From NCBI GenBank assembly GCA_963705885.1, contig OY970120.1, positions 3,563,876 through 3,627,875 of the forward strand: DNA of 64,000 nucleotides, given 5' to 3'. Under the pieces are notes generated by a model. It did not search any database, had not been told where the DNA came from, and worked only from the letters and a program-made list of their open reading frames with translations. The DNA is from an uncultured Actinomycetota bacterium (lineage in GTDB: Bacteria; Actinomycetota; Actinomycetes; JACCUZ01). Of this stretch, positions 1 to 8,439 are shown piece after piece (the first letter of the stretch is position 1; every line of letters begins with the position of its first letter). The position numbers and the translations under genes are program-made.

Positions 1-1275
1 GCGGGAGACCCGGTCGACCGCCTTGGACAGGGAGTCGACCACTGTGGGGTCGTACTCGTAGGCCATGCCGAGCCGCAGCCGCTCGAGCGCCTCGAGCCGG
101 CGTCCGGTCTCCGTGGACTCGCCCACGAGGTCGTCGTAGGCGTTGACCGCCTTGATGATGCGGCTCGCGAGCGGCACCTCGGCGCGGTCGATCTGGTGCG
201 CGCGACGGTAGGGCTCGGCCTGCTGGTCGACGATGGTCGCGACCTGGTCGAGCACGCCGGTCTGCCGGATCACGTCGGCGCCCAGGCCGGCGATGCGCCG
301 CTGGTCGCCCGGGGCGGCGACGACCGTCGCGCCGCCGGGGATCGGCTCGGCGAGCGAGAGCTGCCCGATGTCGTGCATGAGCGCGGCGTACTCGAGGTCG
401 CGCAGGTCGGCGTCGCTCATGCCGAGCTCGCGACCGACGGCGACGGCCAGCACGCTGACCCGTCGGGAGTGCCCGGCCTCGGTGTAGCCGCCGAGCTCGG
501 TGACCCGGGAGAGCGCCCGGATGGTCTGCAGCGACGTCTGACGGATCGCGGCGTAGCGGCGGAACGCGAACTGCGTCAGCAGCAGCGGCACCACGAACAC
601 CGGGAGCGCCCAGACGCCCATGATGCTCGCCGCGAGAGCGATCAGGGCTCCCGTCGTGCCGATCGCGGAGCCGATGCCCGCCTGCACCTGCAGCTCGTTG
701 CGCAGCACGGCCCGGAAGGGCGCTCCCGCGGCGCCGGCCTGCACCGCCGCGGCGAGGACCGCGTCCACGGCCAGCGTGGCGAGCACGAAGCAGACCATGA
801 CCAGCGCGAGCGCGGCACCGCGCAGGTCTCCGACGAACTCGGCGAGGTCCGTCCCCCGGAACAGCAGTGCCGCGAAGCCGACGGCGAGCAGCCGCCGGGC
901 CATCGACTCGAGTGAGGGTGCCCGGCCGCCCACGACGTGCGGCGCGACGCCGATGAGCATCGCCACCACCGTGACCGACACGACCTGGAGCGCTCCGTGG
1001 TCGACGTCCTCCCCCGGCCAGCGCAGCAGCAAGGCGTAGGCGAGGGCACCGGCCGTGGAGATCGGCGCGGCGTCGCGCCCTCCGGGCAGGGTGATCCGCA
1101 CCAGCTCACCGAGTGCGATGAACGCCGCGAACGCGGCCGCGATCTGCACGTCGACGAAGCCGCCGGGCGACGCCGTGACCATGACGGCGACGAGCGCGAG
1201 CAGGCAGCCCGACGCCACGACCACCACGGTCCCGGTCGTCCCCGGGTCGTCGAACCGGAGTCGCGGACGAGTCAC
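1..1275 (-). CDS. Membrane-anchored HD-domain protein (degenerate HD-GYP-like); 3' end runs off the window
   Basis: Absent from the ORF track because no stop lies inside the window. The minus-strand frame with codons at 1-3, 4-6 and so on was hand-translated over most of its length (1-~700, 901-1320) with no stop seen. The N-terminal half is hydrophobic (VVVVASGCLLALVAVMV, IGTTGALIALAASIMGVWALPVFVVPLLL). An HD core follows (GHSRRVSVLAVAVGRELG, LEYAALMHDIGQLSL). The GTG at 1275-1273 overlaps the TGA of the upstream paralog (GTGA). Confidence 0.7.
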   Translation of the reverse strand, partial: MTRPRLRFDDPGTTGTVVVVASGCLLALVAVMVTASPGGFVDVQIAAAFAAFIALGELVRITLPGGRDAAPISTAGALAYALLLRWPGEDVDHGALQVVSVTVVAMLIGVAPHVVGGRAPSLESMARRLLAVGFAALLFRGTDLAEFVGDLRGAALALVMVCFVLATLAVDAVLAAAVQAGAAGAPFRAVLRNELQVQAGIGSAIGTTGALIALAASIMGVWALPVFVVPLLLTQFAFRRYAAIRQTSLQTIRALSRVTELGGYTEAGHSRRVSVLAVAVGRELGMSDADLRDLEYAALMHDIGQLSLAEPIPGGATVVAAPGDQRRIAGLGADVIRQTGVLDQVATIVDQQAEPYRRAHQIDRAEVPLASRIIKAVNAYDDLVGESTETGRRLEALERLRLGMAYEYDPTVVDSLSKAVDRVSR

Positions 1276-2639
1276 ACCGAGCTCCCCCGGGCGATGGAGT
1301 CGGCGTGCGTCGGGTCGTCGTGGTCGAAGGTCTGCACCTGCTCCTCGAGGCCCTCGTCGGCGGGCGGGTCGAACACCGGCGTCACCTCCGGGGACCAGCC
1401 CTGCGTCTCGACGGCCTCGATCATCGCCTCGACGAAGGCGGGGTCGAACTGGGTGCCCGCGCAGCGCCGCAGCTCGACGATGGCCTCCTCGACAGTGCGG
1501 GCCCCGCGGTAGGAGCGCGTGGTGGTCATCGAGTCGAACGCGTCGGCCACGGCGATCACCCGGGCGAACTCCGGGATGTCCGTGCCCGAGAGCCCCATCG
1601 GGTAGCCCATGCCGTCGATGCGCTCGTGGTGGTGCATGATCCCGGCCATCGCCTCGTCGAGGAACTCGATCTCGCGCACGATCTCGTGGCCCTGCATGGG
1701 GTGTCGCTGGATCGCCGCGAACTCGCCCTCGGTGAGCCGGCCGCTCTTCTGCAGGACCCGTGTCGGGACCCCGAGCTTGCCGACGTCGTGCAGCATCCCG
1801 GCGTAGCGCAGCGAGGAGACCCGGTCCTCGCGCATCCCGATGACGCGCGCGATGAGGACCGAGCCCGCCGACACCCGCTCGCTGTGGCCGCGCGTGTAGA
1901 GGTCCTTCGTCTCGACGGCCGCCATGAGCGCGCGCACCGTCCGGTCGTAGGCCTGCTGCTCCTCGGCGTACTGGGCGTACGCCCATCGCGCGACGAAGAG
2001 CGGCACCAGGAGGAGCAGGGCAGATGCCGGCCCGATCGCCGCACCGTCCTTGTCCCAGAGGACTGCGAGGAGGAGCCCGAACAGTCCGTAGCCGACATAG
2101 CCGGGCAACGACTTCACCATCGTGCCCTGCACGATGATCCGGAAAGGTAGGCCCTGAGCGAGGTGGACGATGACGGCCACGAGGAAGCCGTTCACGGTGC
2201 AGTGAGCCGCCAAGGCAGCGACGAACGGCACGAGCAGCCAGGGAAAGCTGTCACTGCGGATCGCTTCACCGCCGAGGACGGTGTAGACGAGCGAAGCCGC
2301 GCCGGCTGCCAGCACCAGCTGCGCCGCATTGAAGACGCGCTTCACGACAGGCGACCTGTAGGCGACCAGTGCCCCACTGCACGCCAGGATGACAGCGCCG
2401 TAGGAGCCGATCAGTGGGAGCGCCGCCAGGGCGCTGATGGACCCGAGCGCGATCATGGCCGAGTCCTGTGACCCGCGTGCCCCGATCGAGTCGCTCACGA
2501 CATACAGAGCAGCGAGCAGCAGCAGGTCCGTCCAGCTGAACGTGTCTCTTCCCAGCCAGACCGACACCACGACCAGAGGAATCGCAGCCGCGATCAGCAG
2601 CGCGATGAAGACGCGCGCTCTGATCGGCAACGGGGACAC
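1272..2639 (-). CDS. HD-GYP domain protein (c-di-GMP phosphodiesterase family) with multi-pass membrane N-terminus
   Basis: 455-aa ORF. The N-terminal ~210 aa are hydrophobic helices. The C-terminus carries HSERV, MLHDVGKLGVP and HHERIDGMGYP motifs typical of HD-GYP. GTG start with GAAGGAG a few nt upstream. Confidence 0.85.
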   Translation of the reverse strand: MSPLPIRARVFIALLIAAAIPLVVVSVWLGRDTFSWTDLLLLAALYVVSDSIGARGSQDSAMIALGSISALAALPLIGSYGAVILACSGALVAYRSPVVKRVFNAAQLVLAAGAASLVYTVLGGEAIRSDSFPWLLVPFVAALAAHCTVNGFLVAVIVHLAQGLPFRIIVQGTMVKSLPGYVGYGLFGLLLAVLWDKDGAAIGPASALLLLVPLFVARWAYAQYAEEQQAYDRTVRALMAAVETKDLYTRGHSERVSAGSVLIARVIGMREDRVSSLRYAGMLHDVGKLGVPTRVLQKSGRLTEGEFAAIQRHPMQGHEIVREIEFLDEAMAGIMHHHERIDGMGYPMGLSGTDIPEFARVIAVADAFDSMTTTRSYRGARTVEEAIVELRRCAGTQFDPAFVEAMIEAVETQGWSPEVTPVFDPPADEGLEEQVQTFDHDDPTHADSIARGSSV

Positions 2640-2710
2640 GCCGCTCCTTCAGGTCGATGAACCACAGAGAGAATGACGGGGACCGGCAGCGCAGGGGTGC
2701 TGCGGAAACT

Positions 2711-2773
2711 TCACCACCGCCAGTTGGCGCCGGACTGAAGGAACTGCTCGACAGCGGACACGATCTTCTTCAT
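2711..2773 (-). CDS. Candidate 20-codon small ORF (MKKIVSAVEQFLQSGANWRW) upstream of the HD-GYP genes
   Basis: ATG at 2773-2771 and TGA at 2713-2711. AAAGGGGA lies about 9 nt upstream of the ATG. Too short for the ORF track and no family recognised. Confidence 0.3.
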   Translation of the reverse strand: MKKIVSAVEQFLQSGANWRW

Positions 2774-3418
2774 TGACTCTCATCCCCTTTCGGATTCAAG
2801 TCACGGGCACCGCTGCTTACAGCCCGTGCAAGATCCGCTCCGCTGGGACGATCGGTGGTGCAGGCGAAGAAAATGCTGCTGTTGATCGACACATCGATGT
2901 GCTGCCGATCCCGATCACGCTCTCTGCAGTTGTCAAGCTCCCCGCACTCGTGCGGCCCCCTGTTGGCACGGGAGAGCCGGGGTCCTCCTGCGGAGACACC
3001 TCGGCTCAATCGCACTGCAAAGTGAAGGGGGCGGGTAAACCTCACGTCAAGGCTTTCGCCGATTTGGGTCTACTTGCCCCCCAGAGATCGTCCATAAGAA
3101 CTAGTACGTCCTGACGAGCCCGAATCGGTGTACCTGCGACGCCAACGCGGTGCAACCACCCGTTTCGTCCGTCTACCGCACCGGCCCTACCGTAATCTCC
3201 GCCCACAGTTCGACGCAGGACAGACCCGAGGGAGCGGCGCCAGATGGGGACCTGTCCCGACGACCCGGTCGCCTGCGACACGCCGGGGCCGGCCTCGCGG
3301 CCTGCGAGAGCCGCAGCGAGCAGGCTGGAGCGGCGGAGCCGGCTCCCGTCCTCGGCCGGTCCCGCGCCCGCCCGGCCCGCCCGTCCCACGCACGACTAGC
3401 CCGAGGGGTCCCACGACG

Positions 3419-4117
3419 ATGCCCACCCTGCGCCTGCTGCCCGAGCTCGAGGACTCGCTGCGTCACATCCCCGGCGTGAAGGCGGCGAGCGTCGTGACGG
3501 GTCCCGACGCCGTGCCCACCGAGGTGCACGTGCTCGCGACGCCCGGCAAGGCCGCCAAGCAGGTGGTTCGTGACGTGCAGTCGCTGGCGCTCGCGCGCTA
3601 CGACATCGAGATCGACCACCGCATCGTGTCGGTCGTGCAGATGGGCGACGACGAGGTGCGCACGGTGAGCACGGTCGACGGCACGCCCGCCGAGCCTGGC
3701 ACCGGGGACGCGAAGGGTGGTGCCGACAGCAGCGGCGAACCGGTCGTCCGGCCGGCCATCGCGGCCATCATGGTCCGCAGCGGCAACGGCGTGACCGAGG
3801 CGTCGGTCACCCTCGCGATCGGCGACCAGCTCTTCGAGGGGGTCAGCGAGGGCCCTGCGGGCCACAGCCACCGGTCGCGGCTGGTCGCCGTCGCGACGCT
3901 CGACGCCGTCGACGAGCTGCTCGGCCAGCCGTGCGAGGTCGAGTCGGCCACCGTGGTCGCGACCGGTGCCCGCGAGGTGGCTCTCTCGGTGCTGACCGTG
4001 ATGGTGCCCCGCACCGGCGAGCAGGTCCTGACGGGCTCCGCCGCCGTGCGGGGCGACGAGGCGGACGCCGTCGCCCGCTCCGTGCTCGCGGCGCTCAACC
4101 GGCAGCTGACCGGCTGA
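3419..4117 (+). CDS. Hypothetical protein (two-domain, no family recognised)
   Basis: Internal ATG of track ORF 3128..4117. Downstream of it the translation becomes protein-like (MPTLRLLPELEDSLRHIPGVKAASVVTGPDAVPTEVHVLATPGKAAKQVVRDVQSLALARYDIEIDHRIVSVVQ). The upstream part is Pro/Arg-rich junk. GAGGGG lies ~13 nt upstream. Confidence 0.6.
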   Translation: MPTLRLLPELEDSLRHIPGVKAASVVTGPDAVPTEVHVLATPGKAAKQVVRDVQSLALARYDIEIDHRIVSVVQMGDDEVRTVSTVDGTPAEPGTGDAKGGADSSGEPVVRPAIAAIMVRSGNGVTEASVTLAIGDQLFEGVSEGPAGHSHRSRLVAVATLDAVDELLGQPCEVESATVVATGAREVALSVLTVMVPRTGEQVLTGSAAVRGDEADAVARSVLAALNRQLTG

Positions 4118-4129
4118 GGACGGAGCAGG

Positions 4130-5179
4130 TCAGGGTCGCAGCAACACCTTGATCGCGCGTCGCTCGTCCATCGCGGCGTAGGCCTCGGGAGCCTTCTCCA
4201 GGGGGAGCTCGACGTCGAACACCCGCCCCGGGTCGATCGCGCCGGACAGCGTGTCCGCGAGCAGCTCCGGGAGGTACGCGCGCACCGGCGCGACGCCACC
4301 GCCGACCGACACGTTCTTGCCGAACAGCTGCCGGATCGGCAGCTCCGCCCCGCCGGCTGGCACGCCGACGTAGCCCACCCGCCCGCCGGGCCGGGCTGCG
4401 TCGATCGCCTGCTGCATCGACTCCTTGGTGCCGACGCACTCGAGCACCGCGTCGGCGCCGATGCCGTCGAGGAGCTCCTCGACCCGGGCGACGCCGTCGT
4501 CGCCCCGCTCCGCCACGACGTCCGTCGCGCCGAACTCGCGCGCCACGGCCTGACGGTCGGCGTGCCGCGACATCGCGATCACCCGCTCGGCCCCGAGGCG
4601 CCGGGCGGCCAGCACCCCGCAGAGGCCGACGGCACCGTCACCCACCACGACGACGGTCCGGCCGGGCCCGACACCCGCGGCGACCGCCGCGTGGTGGCCG
4701 GTGCCCATCACGTCGGAGAGCGTCAGCAGGCCGGGCACCTGGTCTGGGTCGGGCATCTCCGGGGTCGCGACGAGCGTCCCGTCGGCCATGGGGACGCGGA
4801 CCGCCTGGCCCTGGCCGGCGTCGATGGGCAGGTCGTGCTCGTCCTCGCCGCCCCACCAGGCCCCCCGCTCGCAGGACGTGTGCACCCCGTTGCGGCAGTG
4901 CACGCACGAGTTGTCGCTCAGGGCGAAGGGTGCGATGACGAAGTCCCCGGCCTGAACCGTCGACACCTCGGCGCCGATGTCCTCGACCACGCCGACGAAC
5001 TCATGGCCGATGCGACCGGGCTCCGTCGTCTCGGTCACCCCCCGGTAGGGCCACAGGTCGGACCCGCAGACGCAGGACGCGACGACCCGGACCAGGGCGT
5101 CCGTGGGCCGGTGCAGGACCGGGTCGGGGACCTCCTCGACCCGGATGTCGCGGGGGCCGTGGATGACGGTGGCGAGCAC
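4130..5179 (-). CDS. Zinc-dependent alcohol dehydrogenase family oxidoreductase
   Basis: VLATVIHGPRDIRVEEVPDP start, CVCGSDLWPYRG zinc/catalytic region, VVVVGDGAVGLCGV Rossmann motif. Start trimmed to the GTG at 5179; the track ORF extends to 5515 through non-protein-like sequence. Confidence 0.85.
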   Translation of the reverse strand: MLATVIHGPRDIRVEEVPDPVLHRPTDALVRVVASCVCGSDLWPYRGVTETTEPGRIGHEFVGVVEDIGAEVSTVQAGDFVIAPFALSDNSCVHCRNGVHTSCERGAWWGGEDEHDLPIDAGQGQAVRVPMADGTLVATPEMPDPDQVPGLLTLSDVMGTGHHAAVAAGVGPGRTVVVVGDGAVGLCGVLAARRLGAERVIAMSRHADRQAVAREFGATDVVAERGDDGVARVEELLDGIGADAVLECVGTKESMQQAIDAARPGGRVGYVGVPAGGAELPIRQLFGKNVSVGGGVAPVRAYLPELLADTLSGAIDPGRVFDVELPLEKAPEAYAAMDERRAIKVLLRP

Positions 5180-5223
5180 AGGCGGGTCCTTCGGGGTCGA
5201 GGCGGCGTGGGAGGATGGGCGGC

Positions 5224-5298
5224 ATGGCGAAGAAGTCACGCAAGAAGAAGGCCCGCAAGAAGAACAAGGCCAACCACGGTAAGCGTCCCAACAGCTGA
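5224..5298 (+). CDS. 50S ribosomal protein bL37 (24-aa actinobacterial micro-protein)
   Basis: ATG GCG AAG AAG ... TGA encodes MAKKSRKKKARKKNKANHGKRPNS. GGAGG sits 9 nt upstream. This matches the remembered K/R-rich ...ANHGKRPN(A/S) signature of bL37 from mycobacterial ribosome structures. Too short for the ORF track. Confidence 0.8.
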   Translation: MAKKSRKKKARKKNKANHGKRPNS

Positions 5299-5314
5299 CG
5301 CGACCCAAACACGA

Positions 5315-5346
5315 CGGCCCGGTTCCTCCCTCGGAGGGCCGGGCCG
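5315..5346. terminator. Bidirectional hairpin between convergent bL37 and rsrA
   Basis: CGGCCCGG (5315-5322) pairs with CCGGGCCG (5339-5346). An inner CCTCC/GGAGG pairing extends it. It lies between two convergent stop codons. Confidence 0.6.
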
Positions 5347-5364
5347 TGCCGTGCCGCGGTGTCG

Positions 5365-5634
5365 TCAGCGCTCGTGCTGCATCCCGGTGCGTGCCGCCGC
5401 GATGTGGGAGAGCACCTTGGCCCGCAGCTCGGCCGGAGCAGGGTCCGAGCAGCTGCGCCGGACGATGGCCTTGACGGCCTCCTCGAGGCCGAACTCCTTC
5501 AGGCAGGGGGAGCACTCGTCGAGATGGTGTCGGATCTCGTGCGTGCGGCCGCCGTCGAGCTCACCGTCGATGTACTCGTAGACGCGGTCCAGCACCTCGG
5601 AGCACGGCATGTCGTGCGGGTCGCCACAGCTCAC
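5365..5634 (-). CDS. rsrA: Redox-sensing zinc-binding anti-sigma factor (RsrA/RshA family)
   Basis: 89 aa with an H-x3-C-x2-C motif ([11 protein letters not shown]) plus an N-terminal Cys. It sits immediately downstream of, and overlaps, the SigH-type sigma gene. Confidence 0.9.
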   Translation of the reverse strand: MSCGDPHDMPCSEVLDRVYEYIDGELDGGRTHEIRHHLDECSPCLKEFGLEEAVKAIVRRSCSDPAPAELRAKVLSHIAAARTGMQHER

Positions 5635-6245
5635 GAGCTCTCGCCTCCGTCACGTCCGGCGCCCGCAGGGGCCAGGCCCCGTTCGCGGGCGTAGTCCTCG
5701 AGCAGGTCCCTCAGCTGCCGTCGGCCACGGTGCAGCCGCGACATCACGGTGCCGATGGGAGTGCCCATGATCTCGGCGATCTCCTTGTAGGCGAAGCCCT
5801 CGACGTCCGCCAGGTAGACCGCGATGCGGAAGTCCTCCGGGATCTGCTGGAGGGCCTCCTTCACGTCCGAGTCGGGGAGGTGCTCGAGCGCCTCCGCCTC
5901 TGCCGACTTCAGGCCCGTCGACATGTGGGACTCGGCCTGGGCCAGCTGCCAGTCCTCGACCGTCTCGGTGCCGGCCTGCTTGGGCTGCCGCTGCGCCTTG
6001 CGGTAGGTGTTGATGAACGTGTTGGTCAGGATGCGGTAGAGCCAGGCCTTGAGGTTCGTTCCCTCCTGGAACTGGTGGAACGAGCCGTAGGCCTTGGCGT
6101 AGGTCTCCTGCACGAGGTCCTCGGCGTCCGCCGGGTTGCGCGTCATGCGCAGGCCGGCGGAGTACAGCTGGTCCAGGTACTGCAGGGCGTCGCGCTCGAA
6201 GCGCGCGTTGCGCTCGTCGACGGTCTCGGTCGCTGGCTGGGTCAT
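5631..6245 (-). CDS. sigH: ECF sigma factor SigH/SigR
   Basis: Region 2 ([41 protein letters not shown]) and region 4 ([42 protein letters not shown]). Start placed at MTQPATE (6245). The track ORF continues in frame to 6431. Confidence 0.9.
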   Translation of the reverse strand: MTQPATETVDERNARFERDALQYLDQLYSAGLRMTRNPADAEDLVQETYAKAYGSFHQFQEGTNLKAWLYRILTNTFINTYRKAQRQPKQAGTETVEDWQLAQAESHMSTGLKSAEAEALEHLPDSDVKEALQQIPEDFRIAVYLADVEGFAYKEIAEIMGTPIGTVMSRLHRGRRQLRDLLEDYARERGLAPAGAGRDGGESS

Positions 6246-6411
6246 CGTGCCTGATGCTATCCCGCGGGTGCGATGGTCACCGCCGCCCGTGCCGGGCCAC
6301 TGCGGCGCCGACCACGAGGCGAGCCCGTCGAGATGACGGGCTGCGGGCGCGAGGGCGTACATCGCGGGCGGACCTCCGGCTGGATGCGCTGTGGATGGGC
6401 TGTCGAGGTGC

Positions 6412-6437
6412 AACCGGTGCCCCGGCCCCACGATTCC
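6412..6437 (-). promoter_or_regulatory. SigH/SigR-type promoter (GGAAT-N18-GTT) upstream of sigH
   Basis: The minus strand reads GGAAT (6437-6433), an 18-nt spacer, then GTT (6414-6412). This is an exact match to the SigR/SigH consensus, about 170 nt upstream of the sigH ATG. Confidence 0.55.
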
Positions 6438-6440
6438 CGG

Positions 6441-7067
6441 TCAGCGCAGCCGGTCGAGGACCCAGTCCGCCACCGCCGCGGCCAGGGCCTGCAGGGTGGC
6501 GGCCCGGTCGTGTCCGCCCGTCACGCGGAACGAGTGGTCCGCGCCCGGCACGGCGTGCACGTCGTACGTCCGGGGCCGCGGGAAGTCGCCCGGTGCGCCG
6601 AACGCGTCGCGCTCTCCTTGCACGACGAGCGCCGGGACCGGGCACCCCGCGAGCTCGGGCAGCCGGGAGCGCTCCGGGCGGCCCGGCGGGTGCAGGGGGA
6701 AGGCCAGCGCCACCACCGCCGACGCGCCCACCTCACCGGCGGTCCGGCACGCGACGCGGGCGCCGGCCGAGCGGCCACCGACCACCACCGGCCCCGGCAG
6801 CGCGAGCGCGGCGAGCACCGCGGTCCACGCGCGGTCCAGGGTCGCGGGTGGTCCCGCGACCCGCTTCCCCGCGACCCGCCACGGCTGCTCCACCCGCACC
6901 ACCGTGATGCCACGACCGGGAAGGACGCGGGCCAGCTCGACCAGGTCGGCCGCCTCGATGCCCCCGCCGGCCCCGTGCCCGAGCACCAGTGTCGCGCGGG
7001 TGCGCCGGGCCTGCGCGACGTGGGCGCGTGCCTCGCCCACGGGGGTGCGCACCGTCGTCGCGTCCAT
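6441..7067 (-). CDS. Alpha/beta hydrolase (dienelactone hydrolase / KANL3-Tex30-like)
   Basis: 208 aa from MDATTVRTPVGE. It carries LVLGHGAGGG, the nucleophile elbow GGRSAGARVA, and a C-terminal GADHSF. The track ORF (to 7634) is over-extended antisense to the SRAP gene. Confidence 0.75.
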   Translation of the reverse strand: MDATTVRTPVGEARAHVAQARRTRATLVLGHGAGGGIEAADLVELARVLPGRGITVVRVEQPWRVAGKRVAGPPATLDRAWTAVLAALALPGPVVVGGRSAGARVACRTAGEVGASAVVALAFPLHPPGRPERSRLPELAGCPVPALVVQGERDAFGAPGDFPRPRTYDVHAVPGADHSFRVTGGHDRAATLQALAAAVADWVLDRLR

Positions 7068-7078
7068 CGGCGCCACGC

Positions 7079-7843
7079 TCAGAACAGCCGGTCGGGCTCG
7101 GTCCCCGCGGGCTCGGGCACGTCGCCGTCGACCGGGAGCGGCTCCACCAGGTGGCGGCCGTCGTTGCGCACGCTGTTCACCTCGGTGGACACGGGATAGG
7201 CCGTGAGCCGTCCCGGCGCCGCGGGCACGAGCAGGGCGGTCAGCTCCTCCGGGTCGTCGTGCGCGGGGTCCAGCCACTCGGCGTAGCGCGCCCTCTCCAC
7301 CAGCATCGGCATCCGGTCGTGGATGCGGCCGAGGTCGTCGGTGGCCGACGTCGTCAGGACCGTGCACGTCCACAGCCAGGGGTCGGTGTCGGGTGGCGCA
7401 GCCGGGTCCTTCCACAGCTCGTACAGCCCGGCCATCGCGAGCACCCCACCGTCGGACGGGCGGATGAAGAACGGCTGCTTCTTCCCTTTCGTCTCGCCGT
7501 ACCACTCGTAGTAGCCGTCCGCGGGCAGCAGGCAGCGACGCCGGGCGAACGCCCGCCGGAACGCGGCCTTCTCGGCGACCGTCTCCATGCGGGCGTTGAT
7601 CATGCGGCTGCCGATCGAGGGATCCTTCGCCCACGAGGGCACCAGACCCCAGCGGACCACGCGCAGCGTCCGTTGCGCCGGCTCGTCGGGCTCACCGCGA
7701 GGGGGACGCTCGACCACGGCGTAGACGTCGTCGGTCGGCGCGACGTTGTAGCTCGCGGGCAGCGCCGACTCCGGCTCCCCCACGAGCTCGAACTCCTCGA
7801 CGAGGTCGTCCGGGTCCCGGCTGGCCGCGTAGCGTCCGCACAC
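7079..7843 (-). CDS. SOS response-associated peptidase (SRAP/YedK, abasic-site processing)
   Basis: Starts MCGRYA (catalytic Cys2). Contains [26 protein letters not shown] and HDRMP motifs. Confidence 0.9.
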   Translation of the reverse strand: MCGRYAASRDPDDLVEEFELVGEPESALPASYNVAPTDDVYAVVERPPRGEPDEPAQRTLRVVRWGLVPSWAKDPSIGSRMINARMETVAEKAAFRRAFARRRCLLPADGYYEWYGETKGKKQPFFIRPSDGGVLAMAGLYELWKDPAAPPDTDPWLWTCTVLTTSATDDLGRIHDRMPMLVERARYAEWLDPAHDDPEELTALLVPAAPGRLTAYPVSTEVNSVRNDGRHLVEPLPVDGDVPEPAGTEPDRLF

Positions 7844-7897
7844 GCGGCCCAGCCTGCCAGAGGGTTATCCGTCCGCGAGGTCGGGCAAGGGCGCGGC

Positions 7898-8392
7898 ATG
7901 ACCGTCGTGCGCCGCCTGGCCCGTCCCCTGCTCGCCTCGTCCTTCCTCGCGGGCGGTGTCGACGCCCTGCGCGCCCCCGGGCCGAAGGTCCCCGCGGCCG
8001 AGACAGTCGCCCCGCCCATCGCGGCACGGCTGCCGTTCCTGCCCGAGGACCCCGAGACGCTGGTCAAGATCAACGGTGCGGTCCAGGTCGTCGCCGGCTC
8101 GATGCTGGCGCTGGGCCGCTTCCCGCGCCTCTCCTCGGTGCTGCTCGCCGCCAGCGTGGTGCCGACCACCCTCGCCGGTCACCGGTTCTGGGAGCAGACG
8201 GACCCGGACGCCAAGTCGCAGCACAAGGTCCAGTTCCTCAAGAACCTCGGCCTCCTCGGCGGCCTGATGCTTGCCACAGTCGACACCGAGGGCCGTCCCG
8301 GCCTCGCCTGGCGCACCCGGCACGCGACCCGTCACGCAGCGGCGGGCACCCGGCGTACGCGCCGAGCGGCAGGTCGGAAGCTCCCCGGCTGA
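7898..8392 (+). CDS. DoxX family membrane protein
   Basis: [25 protein letters not shown] ... TLAGHRFWE ... [13 protein letters not shown]. The ATG is in frame inside track ORF 6989..8392. Confidence 0.8.
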   Translation: MTVVRRLARPLLASSFLAGGVDALRAPGPKVPAAETVAPPIAARLPFLPEDPETLVKINGAVQVVAGSMLALGRFPRLSSVLLAASVVPTTLAGHRFWEQTDPDAKSQHKVQFLKNLGLLGGLMLATVDTEGRPGLAWRTRHATRHAAAGTRRTRRAAGRKLPG

Positions 8393-8439
8393 CGGTCGCC
8401 GCTCCCCCTGCGGGGGACGACGCCACTACGCTCCCGGCC

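Noticed and set aside
3010-3060. GCAAAG and GGGTAAACC motifs reminiscent of a c-di-GMP (GEMM-I) riboswitch next to HD-GYP genes
   Set aside because: The order of the two motifs is reversed relative to GEMM-I. They lie on the strand opposite the HD-GYP genes, and no supporting helices were found by eye.
3085-3125. CTGACGAG...GAATC resembling a hammerhead ribozyme core
   Set aside because: CUGANGA is present, but the required GAAA element and the stem II/III geometry are absent.
6246-6431. Full-length 266-aa SigH starting at 6431
   Set aside because: That start codon lies immediately next to the -35 element (6433-6437), upstream of the expected TSS of the SigH-type promoter, and the extension is not sigma-like. 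The canonical start at 6245 is preferred. A shorter extension from 6362 is kept as a hypothesis.
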